Part shown: one piece after another, positions 1-9,359 of the stretch
How positions within the stretch are numbered: the first letter of the stretch is position 1
How the letters are laid out: each line of letters begins with the position of its first letter
From: Oligoflexus sp.
GTDB taxonomy: Bacteria; Bdellovibrionota_B; Oligoflexia; Oligoflexales; Oligoflexaceae
Assembly (NCBI GenBank): GCA_041736305.1
Contig: JBGSTX010000095.1
Coordinates: 1 to 41,559 of the forward strand
Length of the DNA: 41,559 bases
Reading direction: 5' to 3'
Notes under the pieces: model-generated
The model's input: only the letters and a program-made list of their open reading frames with translations
Told to the model about the DNA's origin: nothing
Databases searched by the model: none
Position numbers and translations under genes: made by a program

Positions 1-37
1 CGAGTAGAAAGCTGATGAGGCGGCGGACATAAGTCAT
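1..37 (-). CDS. 5' end of a gene running off the window (MTYVRRLISFLL...), signal-peptide-like
   Basis: ATG at 37 on the minus strand, GAGAGGA RBS-like motif upstream, frame open to the window edge. Only 12 codons are visible. Confidence 0.45.
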   Translation of the reverse strand, partial: MTYVRRLISFLL

Positions 38-57
38 TTGCTTCTGGTTCCTCTCAC

Positions 58-93
58 AAAGAAAACGGCCCGGTAAGAGTCTACCCGGGCCGT
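58..93 (-). terminator. Rho-independent terminator after rpsA
   Basis: 9-bp stem ACGGCCCGG (65-73) / CCGGGCCGT (85-93), followed on the minus strand by TTTCTTT. Confidence 0.75.
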
Positions 94-145
94 CTTATGG
101 GAGCTAGAGGAGCTTTTGCTAAGCCCCCTCGGTACCCCTCGTTAC

Positions 146-1921
146 TTACTTATTGTCGTCGGTCTGGGCTTGGTCACGGGCAGCCTTGGCTTTCGCAAAA
201 GCATCGGCCAATCCAGTCTTAGGCTCAGCTACCTGGCTAATGTAGTGCTTCAGTTCATCGCCTTGAAGCTGCTTCGTGAAAGCCTTGCGCGAAAGGGAGA
301 ACTTACGTTCTTCGCTGTCGCTGGAGAGAACCACGAACTCAACCGTATCGCCTTCTTTGACTGCGTCTTCGACTTTGCTCACGTTGTCATCAGCCAACTC
401 GCTGATGTGGATCATGCCTTCAACACCCGGCGCGATCTCAACGAAAGCTCCGAAGTCGACGATCTTAGTAACCTTGCCGGTACCTTTGGTTCCAGGCGGT
501 AGATCGCGAGCGGCTTTGAGCCATGGGTCTTCGCCGAGCTGCTTGATGCCGAGCGAGAAACGCTCGTTTTCAGCATCGATTTGCAGAATCTTGGCTTCGA
601 CTTCATCACCCTTTTTGAAGAGGTCACCAGGATGATTGATGCGCTCTGTCCAAGAAATATCGGAGATGTGAATCAGGCCGTCGATGCCGTCTTCAATGCC
701 CACGAAGATACCGAAGTCGGTGATGTTCCGGATTTTACCGCGGATGATATCGCCTTCTTGATATTTCTCACGAACGATATCCCAAGGATTCGGTTCGATT
801 TGCTTCATACCGAGGCTGATGCGACGGTTTTCAGTATCGATGGCTAGGATAACCACTTCTACCTCATCACCGACCTGAACTACCTTCGATGGATGCTTAA
901 TGCGCTTCGACCAAGACATTTCACTGATGTGAATGAGGCCTTCGACGCCTTGTTCCATCTCGACGAAAGCACCGTAGTCAGTAAGACTTACAACAGTGCC
1001 CTTGACGCGTGCGCTGACTTGGTAGCGTTCGCCAACAGTCAACCAAGGATCGTTCTGAAGTTGTTTGTAGCCGAGAGATACACGTTGACGTGCTTCGTCG
1101 TAGCTAAGAACTTTGACTTCAATTTCTTGACCCACTTCAAACATCTGTGAAGGATGGTTGATGCGACCCCAAGACATATCTGTAATGTGAAGAAGGCCGT
1201 CAATTCCGCCGAGGTCGATAAATGCACCGTAATCGGTGATGTTCTTAACGATACCTTTGAGGACTGCCGACTCTTTAAGATGCGAGAGAGTTTCGCTGCG
1301 CAGCTTCTCGCGATCTTGTTCCAAAAGGACGCGGCGGCTGAGGACGATATTGCCGCGTTTCTTGTTGAACTTGATAATCTTAAACGCCAGTTTGGCGCCA
1401 ATAAGCTTGTCGAGGTTGCGTACGGGACGCAGATCAACCTGCGAACCGGGAAGGAATGCTTTCACGCCGATATCAACCGACAAACCACCCTTGACGCGAG
1501 CAATCACACGACCTTCGACGATTTCGCTCTTCTCATATGCGTCGGAGATTCGATCCCAGGCCCTGAACATCTCGGCGCGCTCACGACTCAGTACCATCTC
1601 GCCATCGTTATCTTCGAAGGAGTCGAGATAGACTTCGACGACGTCACCCTCTGACACAGTCAGAGTTCCGTCAGGCTGCAGGAATTCAGACTTCGGGATC
1701 TCGCCTTCGGATTTGTGACCGATATCGACGATAACAGAATCATCGGTGAAGCGGACGACGCGACCGCGAACGATCGAACCTTCCTTGACCTCTGCATTTT
1801 CAGCTTGATTGAGCAGAGAAGCAAATTCTTGATTTTCACTCGATTGATCGTCAAAACCGGTATCTTCATCCTCCCAGCGGATGCTGCCGATACCTGCAAG
1901 TTTGGAATCTTGTAATTGCAT
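146..1921 (-). CDS. rpsA: 30S ribosomal protein S1
   Basis: 591 aa with six S1 repeats ([55 protein letters not shown]). Confidence 0.97.
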   Translation of the reverse strand: MQLQDSKLAGIGSIRWEDEDTGFDDQSSENQEFASLLNQAENAEVKEGSIVRGRVVRFTDDSVIVDIGHKSEGEIPKSEFLQPDGTLTVSEGDVVEVYLDSFEDNDGEMVLSRERAEMFRAWDRISDAYEKSEIVEGRVIARVKGGLSVDIGVKAFLPGSQVDLRPVRNLDKLIGAKLAFKIIKFNKKRGNIVLSRRVLLEQDREKLRSETLSHLKESAVLKGIVKNITDYGAFIDLGGIDGLLHITDMSWGRINHPSQMFEVGQEIEVKVLSYDEARQRVSLGYKQLQNDPWLTVGERYQVSARVKGTVVSLTDYGAFVEMEQGVEGLIHISEMSWSKRIKHPSKVVQVGDEVEVVILAIDTENRRISLGMKQIEPNPWDIVREKYQEGDIIRGKIRNITDFGIFVGIEDGIDGLIHISDISWTERINHPGDLFKKGDEVEAKILQIDAENERFSLGIKQLGEDPWLKAARDLPPGTKGTGKVTKIVDFGAFVEIAPGVEGMIHISELADDNVSKVEDAVKEGDTVEFVVLSSDSEERKFSLSRKAFTKQLQGDELKHYISQVAEPKTGLADAFAKAKAARDQAQTDDNK

Positions 1922-1983
1922 AAATATGGTTAACTCCTAGTACTGTCCGCCCATCGGACATATTTTTTGACTCAGAGCTTGAA

Positions 1984-2012
1984 TCGTTATCACGAGGGTC
2001 TATAAAAGTCAA
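1984..2012 (-). promoter_or_regulatory. Putative sigma-70 promoter of rpsA
   Basis: Minus strand TTGACT-N17-TAACGA upstream of rpsA. Confidence 0.4.
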
Positions 2013-2013
2013 T

Positions 2014-2041
2014 TAAAGCGCGCTAAGATAGATGACGATCA
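2014..2041 (+). promoter_or_regulatory. Putative sigma-28 (FliA)-type promoter
   Basis: TAAAGCGC-N12-GACGATCA, with the same spacing as the two stronger sites at 9108-9135 and 9278-9305. Confidence 0.4.
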
Positions 2042-2079
2042 GGCTGCACTGATCCGCCTTCACACAGGATAACGATTCG

Positions 2080-3018
2080 ATGATAATCACTCGAGGTCTG
2101 CAAAAATTTGCGCCCCGCGCACTTTGCTTCGTTAGCCTATGTCAAACAGCTTGGGCAAAAGATGAAGCCCCGCAAAGTCCTGCGCCAGAAGCCCCTCCGG
2201 TATGCACACCAAGTACCGAAAGCGTAGCTGATATCCCACGCTCCGATGTCTACAAGGGCCTACCGTTTCAAGCTGGCGAAGAGTCCCGCTACATTCTCAA
2301 ATACGGAGCTATTCGCGTCCATGTCGGCTATGGAACTCTGAAGGTCCAACCGCCGACCAAGTACTCGGTTGCATTGGTGCAGAAAGACGGCAAGGTTGCC
2401 GAGGAAAGTCGTTGGCATCGTGTGTTCAGCGCTGAGGCCTTTACCGGCGACTGGTATAAGCTGATCTTTGCCGCTCAAGACAAGCTCCAGTCCGTCTCGC
2501 GTCCTTGGGATTTTGGAGTCACCAAGTTCTACATTAGCCAAGACGAAGAGAAGCCCTTCGTCCGCAAATTTAAGGCTGAAAAATGGCTCGACTTTAACCA
2601 CGCCACTTGCAACGTGCATGAGCGAACTGTCGATCATAAGAAAAATAAAGAGTCGAACGGCGATCATTTTCTACAAGCAGGTGCCGTCGATGCTCTGGGC
2701 GCGTTTTATCGCCTGCGGACTTTCAAGTTTGAACTCAACAAGACTGAACGCTTTCTCGTTTATACTTCGGAGAAAAACTGGTGGTTGGAGGCGACGCCTG
2801 TCGAAATCGAGTCGATCAAAACTCCCTTCGGCACGCATAAAGCCTTTAAATTAGCGGTGAAGAGCTACCTTGGCAAGGAACTGCAGCAGCGGGGAAAGCT
2901 ATTTATCTGGATAGCTAGCGAGCACCCTAATCGTCCGATGCTGCGCGTCGAGGGCGAGGTGACCTTCGGGTCGATCTATCTCGAGATCGACCGCTACACA
3001 CCTGGGACGACGCTATAG
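2080..3018 (+). CDS. Exported DUF3108-like protein
   Basis: Signal peptide ending AWA; PFQAGEE..Y..KYG, D.LGAFY.LR, E.I.TPFG..KA and IWIA..RP.LR.EGE..FGSI motifs resemble DUF3108. Confidence 0.7.
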   Translation: MIITRGLQKFAPRALCFVSLCQTAWAKDEAPQSPAPEAPPVCTPSTESVADIPRSDVYKGLPFQAGEESRYILKYGAIRVHVGYGTLKVQPPTKYSVALVQKDGKVAEESRWHRVFSAEAFTGDWYKLIFAAQDKLQSVSRPWDFGVTKFYISQDEEKPFVRKFKAEKWLDFNHATCNVHERTVDHKKNKESNGDHFLQAGAVDALGAFYRLRTFKFELNKTERFLVYTSEKNWWLEATPVEIESIKTPFGTHKAFKLAVKSYLGKELQQRGKLFIWIASEHPNRPMLRVEGEVTFGSIYLEIDRYTPGTTL

Positions 3019-3020
3019 TT

Positions 3021-3914
3021 TTAGAGACCCGAATCGGCGAGGGATTCGATGGCTTTCTTCTGCTCCTGCGAGAGAGTCTTTGGAATATCGAGGTCGACCA
3101 CCGCGAAGAGATCGCCGCGCTGATCTTGGGCATCGGCAAAACCGAGTCCCTTCAACCTTATTTTGGTGCCGGCTTTGACTCCGGCTGGGATTTTGATTTT
3201 CCGCAGGCCTTCGGGGGTCTCGATCTCTTTGCTGCTGCCGAGGAAAGCTTCTGAGATTTTTAAAGGCAGCTTCACTTCGATGTGATCGTCGACGCGCTTA
3301 AACTCCGGATGCTCGGCAACCTGCACAACTATGAAGAGATCGCCCGCAGGGCCACCCATACGGGAAGGTGCGCCGCGCCCACTGATGCGCAGTCGGGCTC
3401 CGGAGCGAACTCCCTTCGGGATACGAACCGTCAACTCCCGCTCGGTTCCATCGCTGAGGGAGAAATTAATGCGTCTTTCGGTTCCGTTGTAAGCATCCAT
3501 AAAACCGATACTGAGGGGATACTCAACGTCCTGACCTTTCATCGGTCCCTGCTGCGCACTGCCGCCAGGACGAACACCGCCGAAACCCCCTCCGAAAATG
3601 CTCGAGAAAAAGCTGCCGCGTCCGCCGAGACCCAACTCGTCGAAGATGGAGGCAAAATCGGTATTCCGGAAAATGTCCTCGCTACTATACTGCTGATGGA
3701 AACGTGCATCACCGACAGTATCATACTGACGTTTTTTCTGTGCGTCGGAAAGTACCGCATAGGCTTCGTTAATCTCCTTGAACTTCTCTTCAGCTTCTTT
3801 ATTGCCCTGATTCCGGTCAGGGTGAAACTGCATAGCTAGTTTTCGGTAAGCCTTTTTTATGTCAGACTCGCTCGCTGTCTTTTCGACGCCAAGAATTTGG
3901 TAGTAATTTTGCAA
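3021..3914 (-). CDS. Class B DnaJ-family co-chaperone (CbpA-like)
   Basis: J domain with HPD motif, G/F-rich linker and DnaJ C-terminal domain; no CxxCxGxG zinc finger. Confidence 0.92.
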   Translation of the reverse strand: MQNYYQILGVEKTASESDIKKAYRKLAMQFHPDRNQGNKEAEEKFKEINEAYAVLSDAQKKRQYDTVGDARFHQQYSSEDIFRNTDFASIFDELGLGGRGSFFSSIFGGGFGGVRPGGSAQQGPMKGQDVEYPLSIGFMDAYNGTERRINFSLSDGTERELTVRIPKGVRSGARLRISGRGAPSRMGGPAGDLFIVVQVAEHPEFKRVDDHIEVKLPLKISEAFLGSSKEIETPEGLRKIKIPAGVKAGTKIRLKGLGFADAQDQRGDLFAVVDLDIPKTLSQEQKKAIESLADSGL

Positions 3915-4021
3915 AGTTATAACCCCACGCCTAAATCCTGACGGTTCCTTCTATAAAGTGTGACCTCTACGCGGAAAGTCAAGGGACCGGCTTTATGTTA
4001 GTATATTGAGCATACGGCTCG

Positions 4022-4546
4022 ATGTTTAATTCACGCTGGATTGGTATGAATCGCATTCCTTTCCTTGTCAAACTCCGCGGCTACTGGATGATCGCTGGCC
4101 TCCTGCTGGTTTCAGGGCCACTCTTCTACGTGCTCTATCATCATCTCTACCAGCGCGGACAGCAAGCGGAAGCGCGGCTCATACTCACCTACCTGCATAC
4201 CCTGCAAAAGGTTTATAAGCAGGAGAGTGGATCTTTCGCTTACTTTCCATCGTACGGTGCCCCACAAAGAGGGCAGGATTTCTGCGAACAACCCTTCGGA
4301 GCTGCTCAACTTGGGTTCGCCATTCATGCCTGTCACCAGGCAGGAGCCTTGCCTCCACGCTACACCTATCAGAGCTTAGAGATTAAGGAGGAGAGCAGGG
4401 GGCGCATTGGTCCAAGCTACAAGCTCGAAGCACGGGGGGGAAGCGACAGCCAGAGGAGAAGCCTCGTTTGCTTCAAAGCCAATGGTGAGGAGCTTTGGGT
4501 CAGTTCTACAATTCAAGAACTTGAGCCTATCGAATCATGTTGGTAG
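4022..4546 (+). CDS. Type IV pilin-like protein with non-canonical N-terminus
   Basis: Single N-terminal hydrophobic helix, then QAEARLILTYLHTLQKVYKQESGSF resembling the alpha1-C of delta-type pilins; AQLGF motif; four Cys. No GFTLIE motif. Confidence 0.55.
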   Translation: MFNSRWIGMNRIPFLVKLRGYWMIAGLLLVSGPLFYVLYHHLYQRGQQAEARLILTYLHTLQKVYKQESGSFAYFPSYGAPQRGQDFCEQPFGAAQLGFAIHACHQAGALPPRYTYQSLEIKEESRGRIGPSYKLEARGGSDSQRRSLVCFKANGEELWVSSTIQELEPIESCW

Positions 4547-4640
4547 CCCTCCGCTCTTTTCTAAGGGCCGAAAATCCCTCTTAACTCCTAGACATTTATC
4601 CCGATAGGTTCTCCGGCGCGTTTTATGCGCAGGATTGAGC

Positions 4641-7280
4641 ATGAATACTGTTGATCGAACACAGCCTAAACCACCCTCGAGTCTAGCATTTTTGGCTAGC
4701 GTTCTTGCCGTGCATTCGCTCTGTACCGTATTCTGGATCTACATCACACAATCACTCATTATCCAGGTCCTGGGATTGATCTGTAGCTTCGTCGCCCTGA
4801 TCTGGGGAAGCATCATCTGGTGGGATAGACGAGTCGGCATAGCAGCGCGCGCAGTCGGCATCCGTCCCACAAGTTCGACCATGCTTACCGGGAATCTACA
4901 AGGTTTCATCGCCGAACATCTTAAATTCGCCGTACTCACCATCTGGAGCGACCTCGGCTTCCAGCTTGAGACCCAGGTCTGGCCGAAGAGCTTCGGCGAG
5001 TTGAGCGAGACTAGCGGCGAGGATTTTGTACGCTGGCTAGGGCGCTTTCTACGAGTCAATCTCGAAGAGCAGGCTGCAATCCGCTTTCAACTCCAGCATG
5101 CCTTTGGCATGAACAAGATTCAGTGGAGTATCTGTGAGATGAACCTGCCGCGTGAAGCGACGCTGAAAATTCACGCCCACGCCTACGTCCGCCTCAGCTA
5201 TGTCCCTTACTTTATCAAGGATAAGCTCGAAACCGTTCATATTATCATCCAGGAAATAACGGAAATAAAAGAGCGGGAAGAGCAGGCTCAAACGCAGCGC
5301 CGGGAAATGGAAAAGTTCTTTGCCCTCATTCAGGTTTCGGACTCTCTCTTTGAACTCTTTATGAGCGAAACGCGCAAGCTCTTCGATGATATTAAAAAAG
5401 ATTTGAAGCTCCTACGGGAAAATAAGGCCAACAGCTACCAGGAAGTAGCGGCCAGGATTTTCCGCGCCGTACACACCATCAAAGCCAATGCCCGACTCTT
5501 CAAACTCAACTCTATAGAGGAAGTGGCTCACCAGGTCGAGACTTTTCTCGATGAGCTGAAAAGTGGTGTAAGGCTCTACGCTCCAGAGACTCTTGGCGAA
5601 CTCACCCAGCAGATCATTGCCATCAGCGAAGAGGTCTATTCCTATGCGAGCCTGCGGAAAGAAATTCTGAATACGGCGGATCGTAACTCAGGCTTTAACT
5701 TTAAGTATCGCATCCAGTGGATTCGCTCGCTCATGAAGCAGTTTGCCTCGGTGTTGAGGGACCCGAAATTCGAGCAGCGGCATCTTCAGTTGATTCAGAA
5801 AGAATTCAGCCGCGCCCTCTCCAGCTTCGACAAGGCTTCCCTCAAGGAATACATTCGAGGCTATAATCAGATGATTCGCGATGTCGCGATGCAGCTCGGG
5901 AAGGAAGTCAATGACCTTCAAGCCGACATAGCCTACCACAGTTTCGATAGCGCGACCTTAGCTCGCATCAACGATATTCTTCTGCACTGCATGCGCAATG
6001 CGATCGACCATGGGATTGAGCGACCTGACGAACGGGTCAAGGCTGGCAAGCCCCGAGCTGGGCAAATAACACTGCGAACTTACGAGAAAGATGGTCTCGT
6101 CAGGGTCGAAGTCGCCGATGACGGGCGCGGCATCGACGTTGAGAAGATCAATGCCAAGGCGGTCGAACTCGGACTGATCAAAGCAGAAGCAGTCGGAAGA
6201 ACGACCGAAGCAGAAAGTCTATCTTTTCTCTTTCACCCAGGGGTGTCCACAGCCACGAGCGTCACTGAAATATCTGGCCGCGGACTTGGGATGGACGTTG
6301 TCCGTGACTATGTGCAGGGCTTGAACGGTCAGCTCGGAGTCGAATTCGTCAAAGGCCAAAGCACTTCGATTTCGATATGGATACCGGCTACGACGGAGGA
6401 AATCATAGCGCCCTTGGCTATTCATGAAATCACGCTAATCCTCCAGGATCTTTGCAGCACACAGCCCTATATGAATCAAGTGGATCTCACTTTTACAGAC
6501 ATCGAACATTCGCCGGTCTTCATCGATCGCAGCAGTCTCTGTGAGGTACTGAAGTTAATTCTCGGTGAACTGCGCCAGCGCATTCCAGACGAACTGAAGG
6601 TAGACGTTCGCGTGAGCGAGCATATGGGACGGCGGCGGGTCGACAGCTACAACTTCTACCGCCTTCAGATTGGATCGACAAATATCGAAGGACCTTGGAA
6701 TTCAGTAGACGAAGAGAGCGGGTCGGTTATTGCTGCGGCCGCTCAGCTCATTCGCAGAAATGGTGGCTCTCTCATTATGAAGAATCCCTATTTTCTTGAG
6801 CTCAATATTCCTTCGAATCTTCCTGTTCGTTACAACCAGTATTCCTTCAAGATTATAATCATGACGGAAAGACTGAATCATCTTAATCGTCAGATAGAAA
6901 ACTTCTTCCGCGATGTCATGGCTAACTGGAACTACGAAGTCTATCGCTATCCATTCGGCGAAAGTTTGCCAGAAGAAGTCAAAGGCAGCCCTTGCTTGAT
7001 CCTATTAGACAGTGCCCTGATGAAGAAATATGTGCATCTGCGGAGCGAAAACGATCGCAAAACAGATGGCGTGGTGCTCTTTCCCGAAGAAGAACTCGAT
7101 TTTGATGCACTCAACAGTTCGGCGATTCTCCCTGAAAATATTCTCTTCGTGCCGCCTTCATTCGATGAAAAACACTTTCATACATGTCTTGCTGGCGTCA
7201 TTTTTCGGCGCTTTTTGAAGGAGATGGTGCGAGAGTCGAGCGAAGAAGAAGCGCAACGCCCTCTTTCCGCAGCGTCTTGA
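4641..7280 (+). CDS. Membrane-anchored CheA-like histidine kinase (2 TM, Hpt, HATPase_c, unknown C-terminal region)
   Basis: Hpt IFRAVHTIKANA; N-box LLHCMRNAIDHGIE; G1 DDGRGID; G2 ISGRGLGMDVV; two N-terminal hydrophobic helices. ATG at 4641 preferred over TTG at 4635. Confidence 0.85.
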   Translation: MNTVDRTQPKPPSSLAFLASVLAVHSLCTVFWIYITQSLIIQVLGLICSFVALIWGSIIWWDRRVGIAARAVGIRPTSSTMLTGNLQGFIAEHLKFAVLTIWSDLGFQLETQVWPKSFGELSETSGEDFVRWLGRFLRVNLEEQAAIRFQLQHAFGMNKIQWSICEMNLPREATLKIHAHAYVRLSYVPYFIKDKLETVHIIIQEITEIKEREEQAQTQRREMEKFFALIQVSDSLFELFMSETRKLFDDIKKDLKLLRENKANSYQEVAARIFRAVHTIKANARLFKLNSIEEVAHQVETFLDELKSGVRLYAPETLGELTQQIIAISEEVYSYASLRKEILNTADRNSGFNFKYRIQWIRSLMKQFASVLRDPKFEQRHLQLIQKEFSRALSSFDKASLKEYIRGYNQMIRDVAMQLGKEVNDLQADIAYHSFDSATLARINDILLHCMRNAIDHGIERPDERVKAGKPRAGQITLRTYEKDGLVRVEVADDGRGIDVEKINAKAVELGLIKAEAVGRTTEAESLSFLFHPGVSTATSVTEISGRGLGMDVVRDYVQGLNGQLGVEFVKGQSTSISIWIPATTEEIIAPLAIHEITLILQDLCSTQPYMNQVDLTFTDIEHSPVFIDRSSLCEVLKLILGELRQRIPDELKVDVRVSEHMGRRRVDSYNFYRLQIGSTNIEGPWNSVDEESGSVIAAAAQLIRRNGGSLIMKNPYFLELNIPSNLPVRYNQYSFKIIIMTERLNHLNRQIENFFRDVMANWNYEVYRYPFGESLPEEVKGSPCLILLDSALMKKYVHLRSENDRKTDGVVLFPEEELDFDALNSSAILPENILFVPPSFDEKHFHTCLAGVIFRRFLKEMVRESSEEEAQRPLSAAS

Positions 7281-7387
7281 ACTCTGCAGCCAAAAAGCAG
7301 CTTTTATCTTTCCGAAATTGCTCTGGCTGGCCAGCCGACTATCTTGAGGCCCAAGTAGTGCATTACCTTTGATAAGGATAGACACCC

Positions 7388-8305
7388 ATGGCCCACTTCG
7401 CGAACGGCTGCATGCTAGCCCTAAGTCTCACGTCATCAGTGGCCTTTGCCGACTTCCTTCCACCCAATGATCTCGCAAAAGAAGACGGTTTGCTACGAGC
7501 TGGATCAACCACCGAAGCCGACTTCAATGAAGTCATCGATGCTGCAGAAGCCTATTACAAGCCACTGATTTCTTCTCGCTATAAAGCTAAGCTAGTAGTC
7601 AATCGTCTCTGGAAGAATTCTACTGTAAACGCAGCAGCCATGCGATCTGGCTCTGAGTGGCGGGTGGAAATGTATGGAGGACTCGCGCGTCGACCAGAAA
7701 TCAGCAAAGACGGTTTCGGCTTAGTTCTTTGCCATGAGATCGGGCATCATCTGGCTGGTTATCCTTACGTTCCAGGAGGTGGCCTCGCCATTTTTGGAAA
7801 TCGCAACTGGGCTGCTAACGAAGGGCAGTCCGATTACTTTGCCTCGCAGGCTTGCGCTCGCCAGCTCTGGAAGGATGACAGTGCTTTGAATGCAAGCTAC
7901 CGAGCAGAGGTCGCTACTTTACCAAAGGCGGCATGTGATCAAGTATGGAATAGCACTGCGGATCAGAACCTCTGCTACCGTGTGATGACAGCCGCTGAAG
8001 GTTTAGCTGCATTTTCATCGTCAACAGCGAACAAGCGCGCCGACTGGAACACGCCTAGCACGAAAGTCGTGTTCAAGACTGAAAACTCCCATCCGGATGG
8101 ACAATGTCGTCTCGATACCTACGCTGCTGGCGCACTCTGTGAGCGTGCATTTGATGACGATCTGATTCCCGGAGTTAACCTCGGCAGAGATCGCAATAGC
8201 CCCGATGCAGAAAAAGAAGCAAGTCGCAGTAGCTGTATGCGCTATGAAAATTTCACAGTCGGCCTGAGACCTTCATGCTGGTTTAAATCTCTCATTGATA
8301 GCTAA
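7388..8305 (+). CDS. Secreted Cys-rich HEXXH zinc-metalloprotease-like protein
   Basis: Signal peptide (AFA-D); VNAAA, MYGGLARR, LVLCHEIGHHLAG and downstream NEGQSDYF (M48-like layout); multiple Cys. Confidence 0.75.
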   Translation: MAHFANGCMLALSLTSSVAFADFLPPNDLAKEDGLLRAGSTTEADFNEVIDAAEAYYKPLISSRYKAKLVVNRLWKNSTVNAAAMRSGSEWRVEMYGGLARRPEISKDGFGLVLCHEIGHHLAGYPYVPGGGLAIFGNRNWAANEGQSDYFASQACARQLWKDDSALNASYRAEVATLPKAACDQVWNSTADQNLCYRVMTAAEGLAAFSSSTANKRADWNTPSTKVVFKTENSHPDGQCRLDTYAAGALCERAFDDDLIPGVNLGRDRNSPDAEKEASRSSCMRYENFTVGLRPSCWFKSLIDS

Positions 8306-8321
8306 TTTTCCTAGTGAGCCT

Positions 8322-8383
8322 TGGGCCAGATAATTCTTTTTGATTGCATGAGATCGCAAACAAAAACAGTAGCTATTGGCCCA
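8322..8383. repeat. Long imperfect inverted repeat between convergent genes (possible bidirectional terminator)
   Basis: TGGGCCA...TTTTTG-A-TTGC-loop-GCAA-A-CAAAAA...TGGCCCA. Confidence 0.5.
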
Positions 8384-8391
8384 GCGCCCTA

Positions 8392-9075
8392 TCAAAAATC
8401 TGTAGCCATTGACATGCCGTAGCTTGGGCTTTTCTCGGGCGTCACAATCACGCTGAAACGCTTTTTGTTCTTTTTCTTGTCCTCGCGCGTAAAGCTTTCG
8501 CTCCGCGAACGGCCGCCCTTTGCCCTGCCTCTGCGGTCTCTTCTGATGAGGTCGATGGAAGATGTTTTGAAGGGATCATATATCGCATCAACCACACCTA
8601 GAGCATAGATACCCATAAACGCGACGAGATACATTTGTGCAGCGTTGCGGGCTTCGCGGGCAGCCTTTTCGTTTTGGTCCATATACATGAGCAGAGTCGT
8701 ATTGCCACTCATCCCTTGAGGAGCAGTTGCCTTCATTACTGAATCCGCATCCGCATTCGTTTCTTTAATCTCTGAAATGCGCGAGTAATAGAGGAGGAGA
8801 AGGGAGCCTTGGGTGGCTGCCAAGCCTGTTCCTAACCAGGTCTTCTTTTCCAGGAACTGCCCCGTTCCAAAGGGAAGATAGTACATATAATCGGAGCGCC
8901 GAGCGGCCGCTTTCGATTCGAAGCGAGGCATCTCAGATGCTTCAGATCGAGCGAGACGAGCCCTAGAACGTTTACTTGAGCCTTCCTCACCGAAATCCAA
9001 ACTGTCTCTATCGGCTCTAGCGATACTTGCCAAGCCCCAAGACAGTAGGCACAAAATCGTGACTGCTAGTCGCAT
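8392..9075 (-). CDS. Exported membrane protein, DUF5683-like architecture
   Basis: ATG 9075 with GGAG RBS; signal peptide; LPFGTGQF motif; two hydrophobic helices; YALGVVDAIY; C-terminal strand ending in Phe. Confidence 0.55.
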   Translation of the reverse strand: MRLAVTILCLLSWGLASIARADRDSLDFGEEGSSKRSRARLARSEASEMPRFESKAAARRSDYMYYLPFGTGQFLEKKTWLGTGLAATQGSLLLLYYSRISEIKETNADADSVMKATAPQGMSGNTTLLMYMDQNEKAAREARNAAQMYLVAFMGIYALGVVDAIYDPFKTSSIDLIRRDRRGRAKGGRSRSESFTREDKKKNKKRFSVIVTPEKSPSYGMSMATDF

Positions 9076-9107
9076 ATTTAGCTCCAGGTAGGAATCGATT
9101 TTTTTTC

Positions 9108-9135
9108 TTATCGGCCACAAGTTTTTAAAACTTTA
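9108..9135 (-). promoter_or_regulatory. Sigma-28 (FliA)-type promoter for the 8392-9075 gene
   Basis: Minus strand TAAAGTTT-N12-GCCGATAA; both boxes match the sigma-28 consensus exactly. Confidence 0.8.
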
Positions 9136-9277
9136 CCAAAAAAGAGAAATTGTTGAATCGGGGCCGCAAGTTCGAAATCATCGCGAATGAGGTGCAGCCT
9201 GTCTGGGTTTATTCAGCTGCAAGGAATTTGCTAAGAATATGATTCCTATAGATAATCACTCTGCTTTAAGAAAAAAT

Positions 9278-9305
9278 TAAAGTTTCGACAGCCTTTTGCC
9301 GATAG
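9278..9305 (+). promoter_or_regulatory. Sigma-28 (FliA)-type promoter for the 9360-10358 hydrolase
   Basis: TAAAGTTT-N12-GCCGATAG. Confidence 0.75.
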
Positions 9306-9359
9306 GACTAGGCGGACTAAAACGTCCGTTCTTCCTCCTCTTGATAAAAGGTTGTAGTT

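Noticed and set aside
116-1915. Multiple plus-strand ORFs (128, 119, 166, 131 aa and others) over rpsA
   Set aside because: Antisense shadows of a highly conserved gene, with no recognisable motifs.
3282-3839. 185-aa plus-strand ORF
   Set aside because: Entirely antisense to the J-domain protein gene; no independent evidence.
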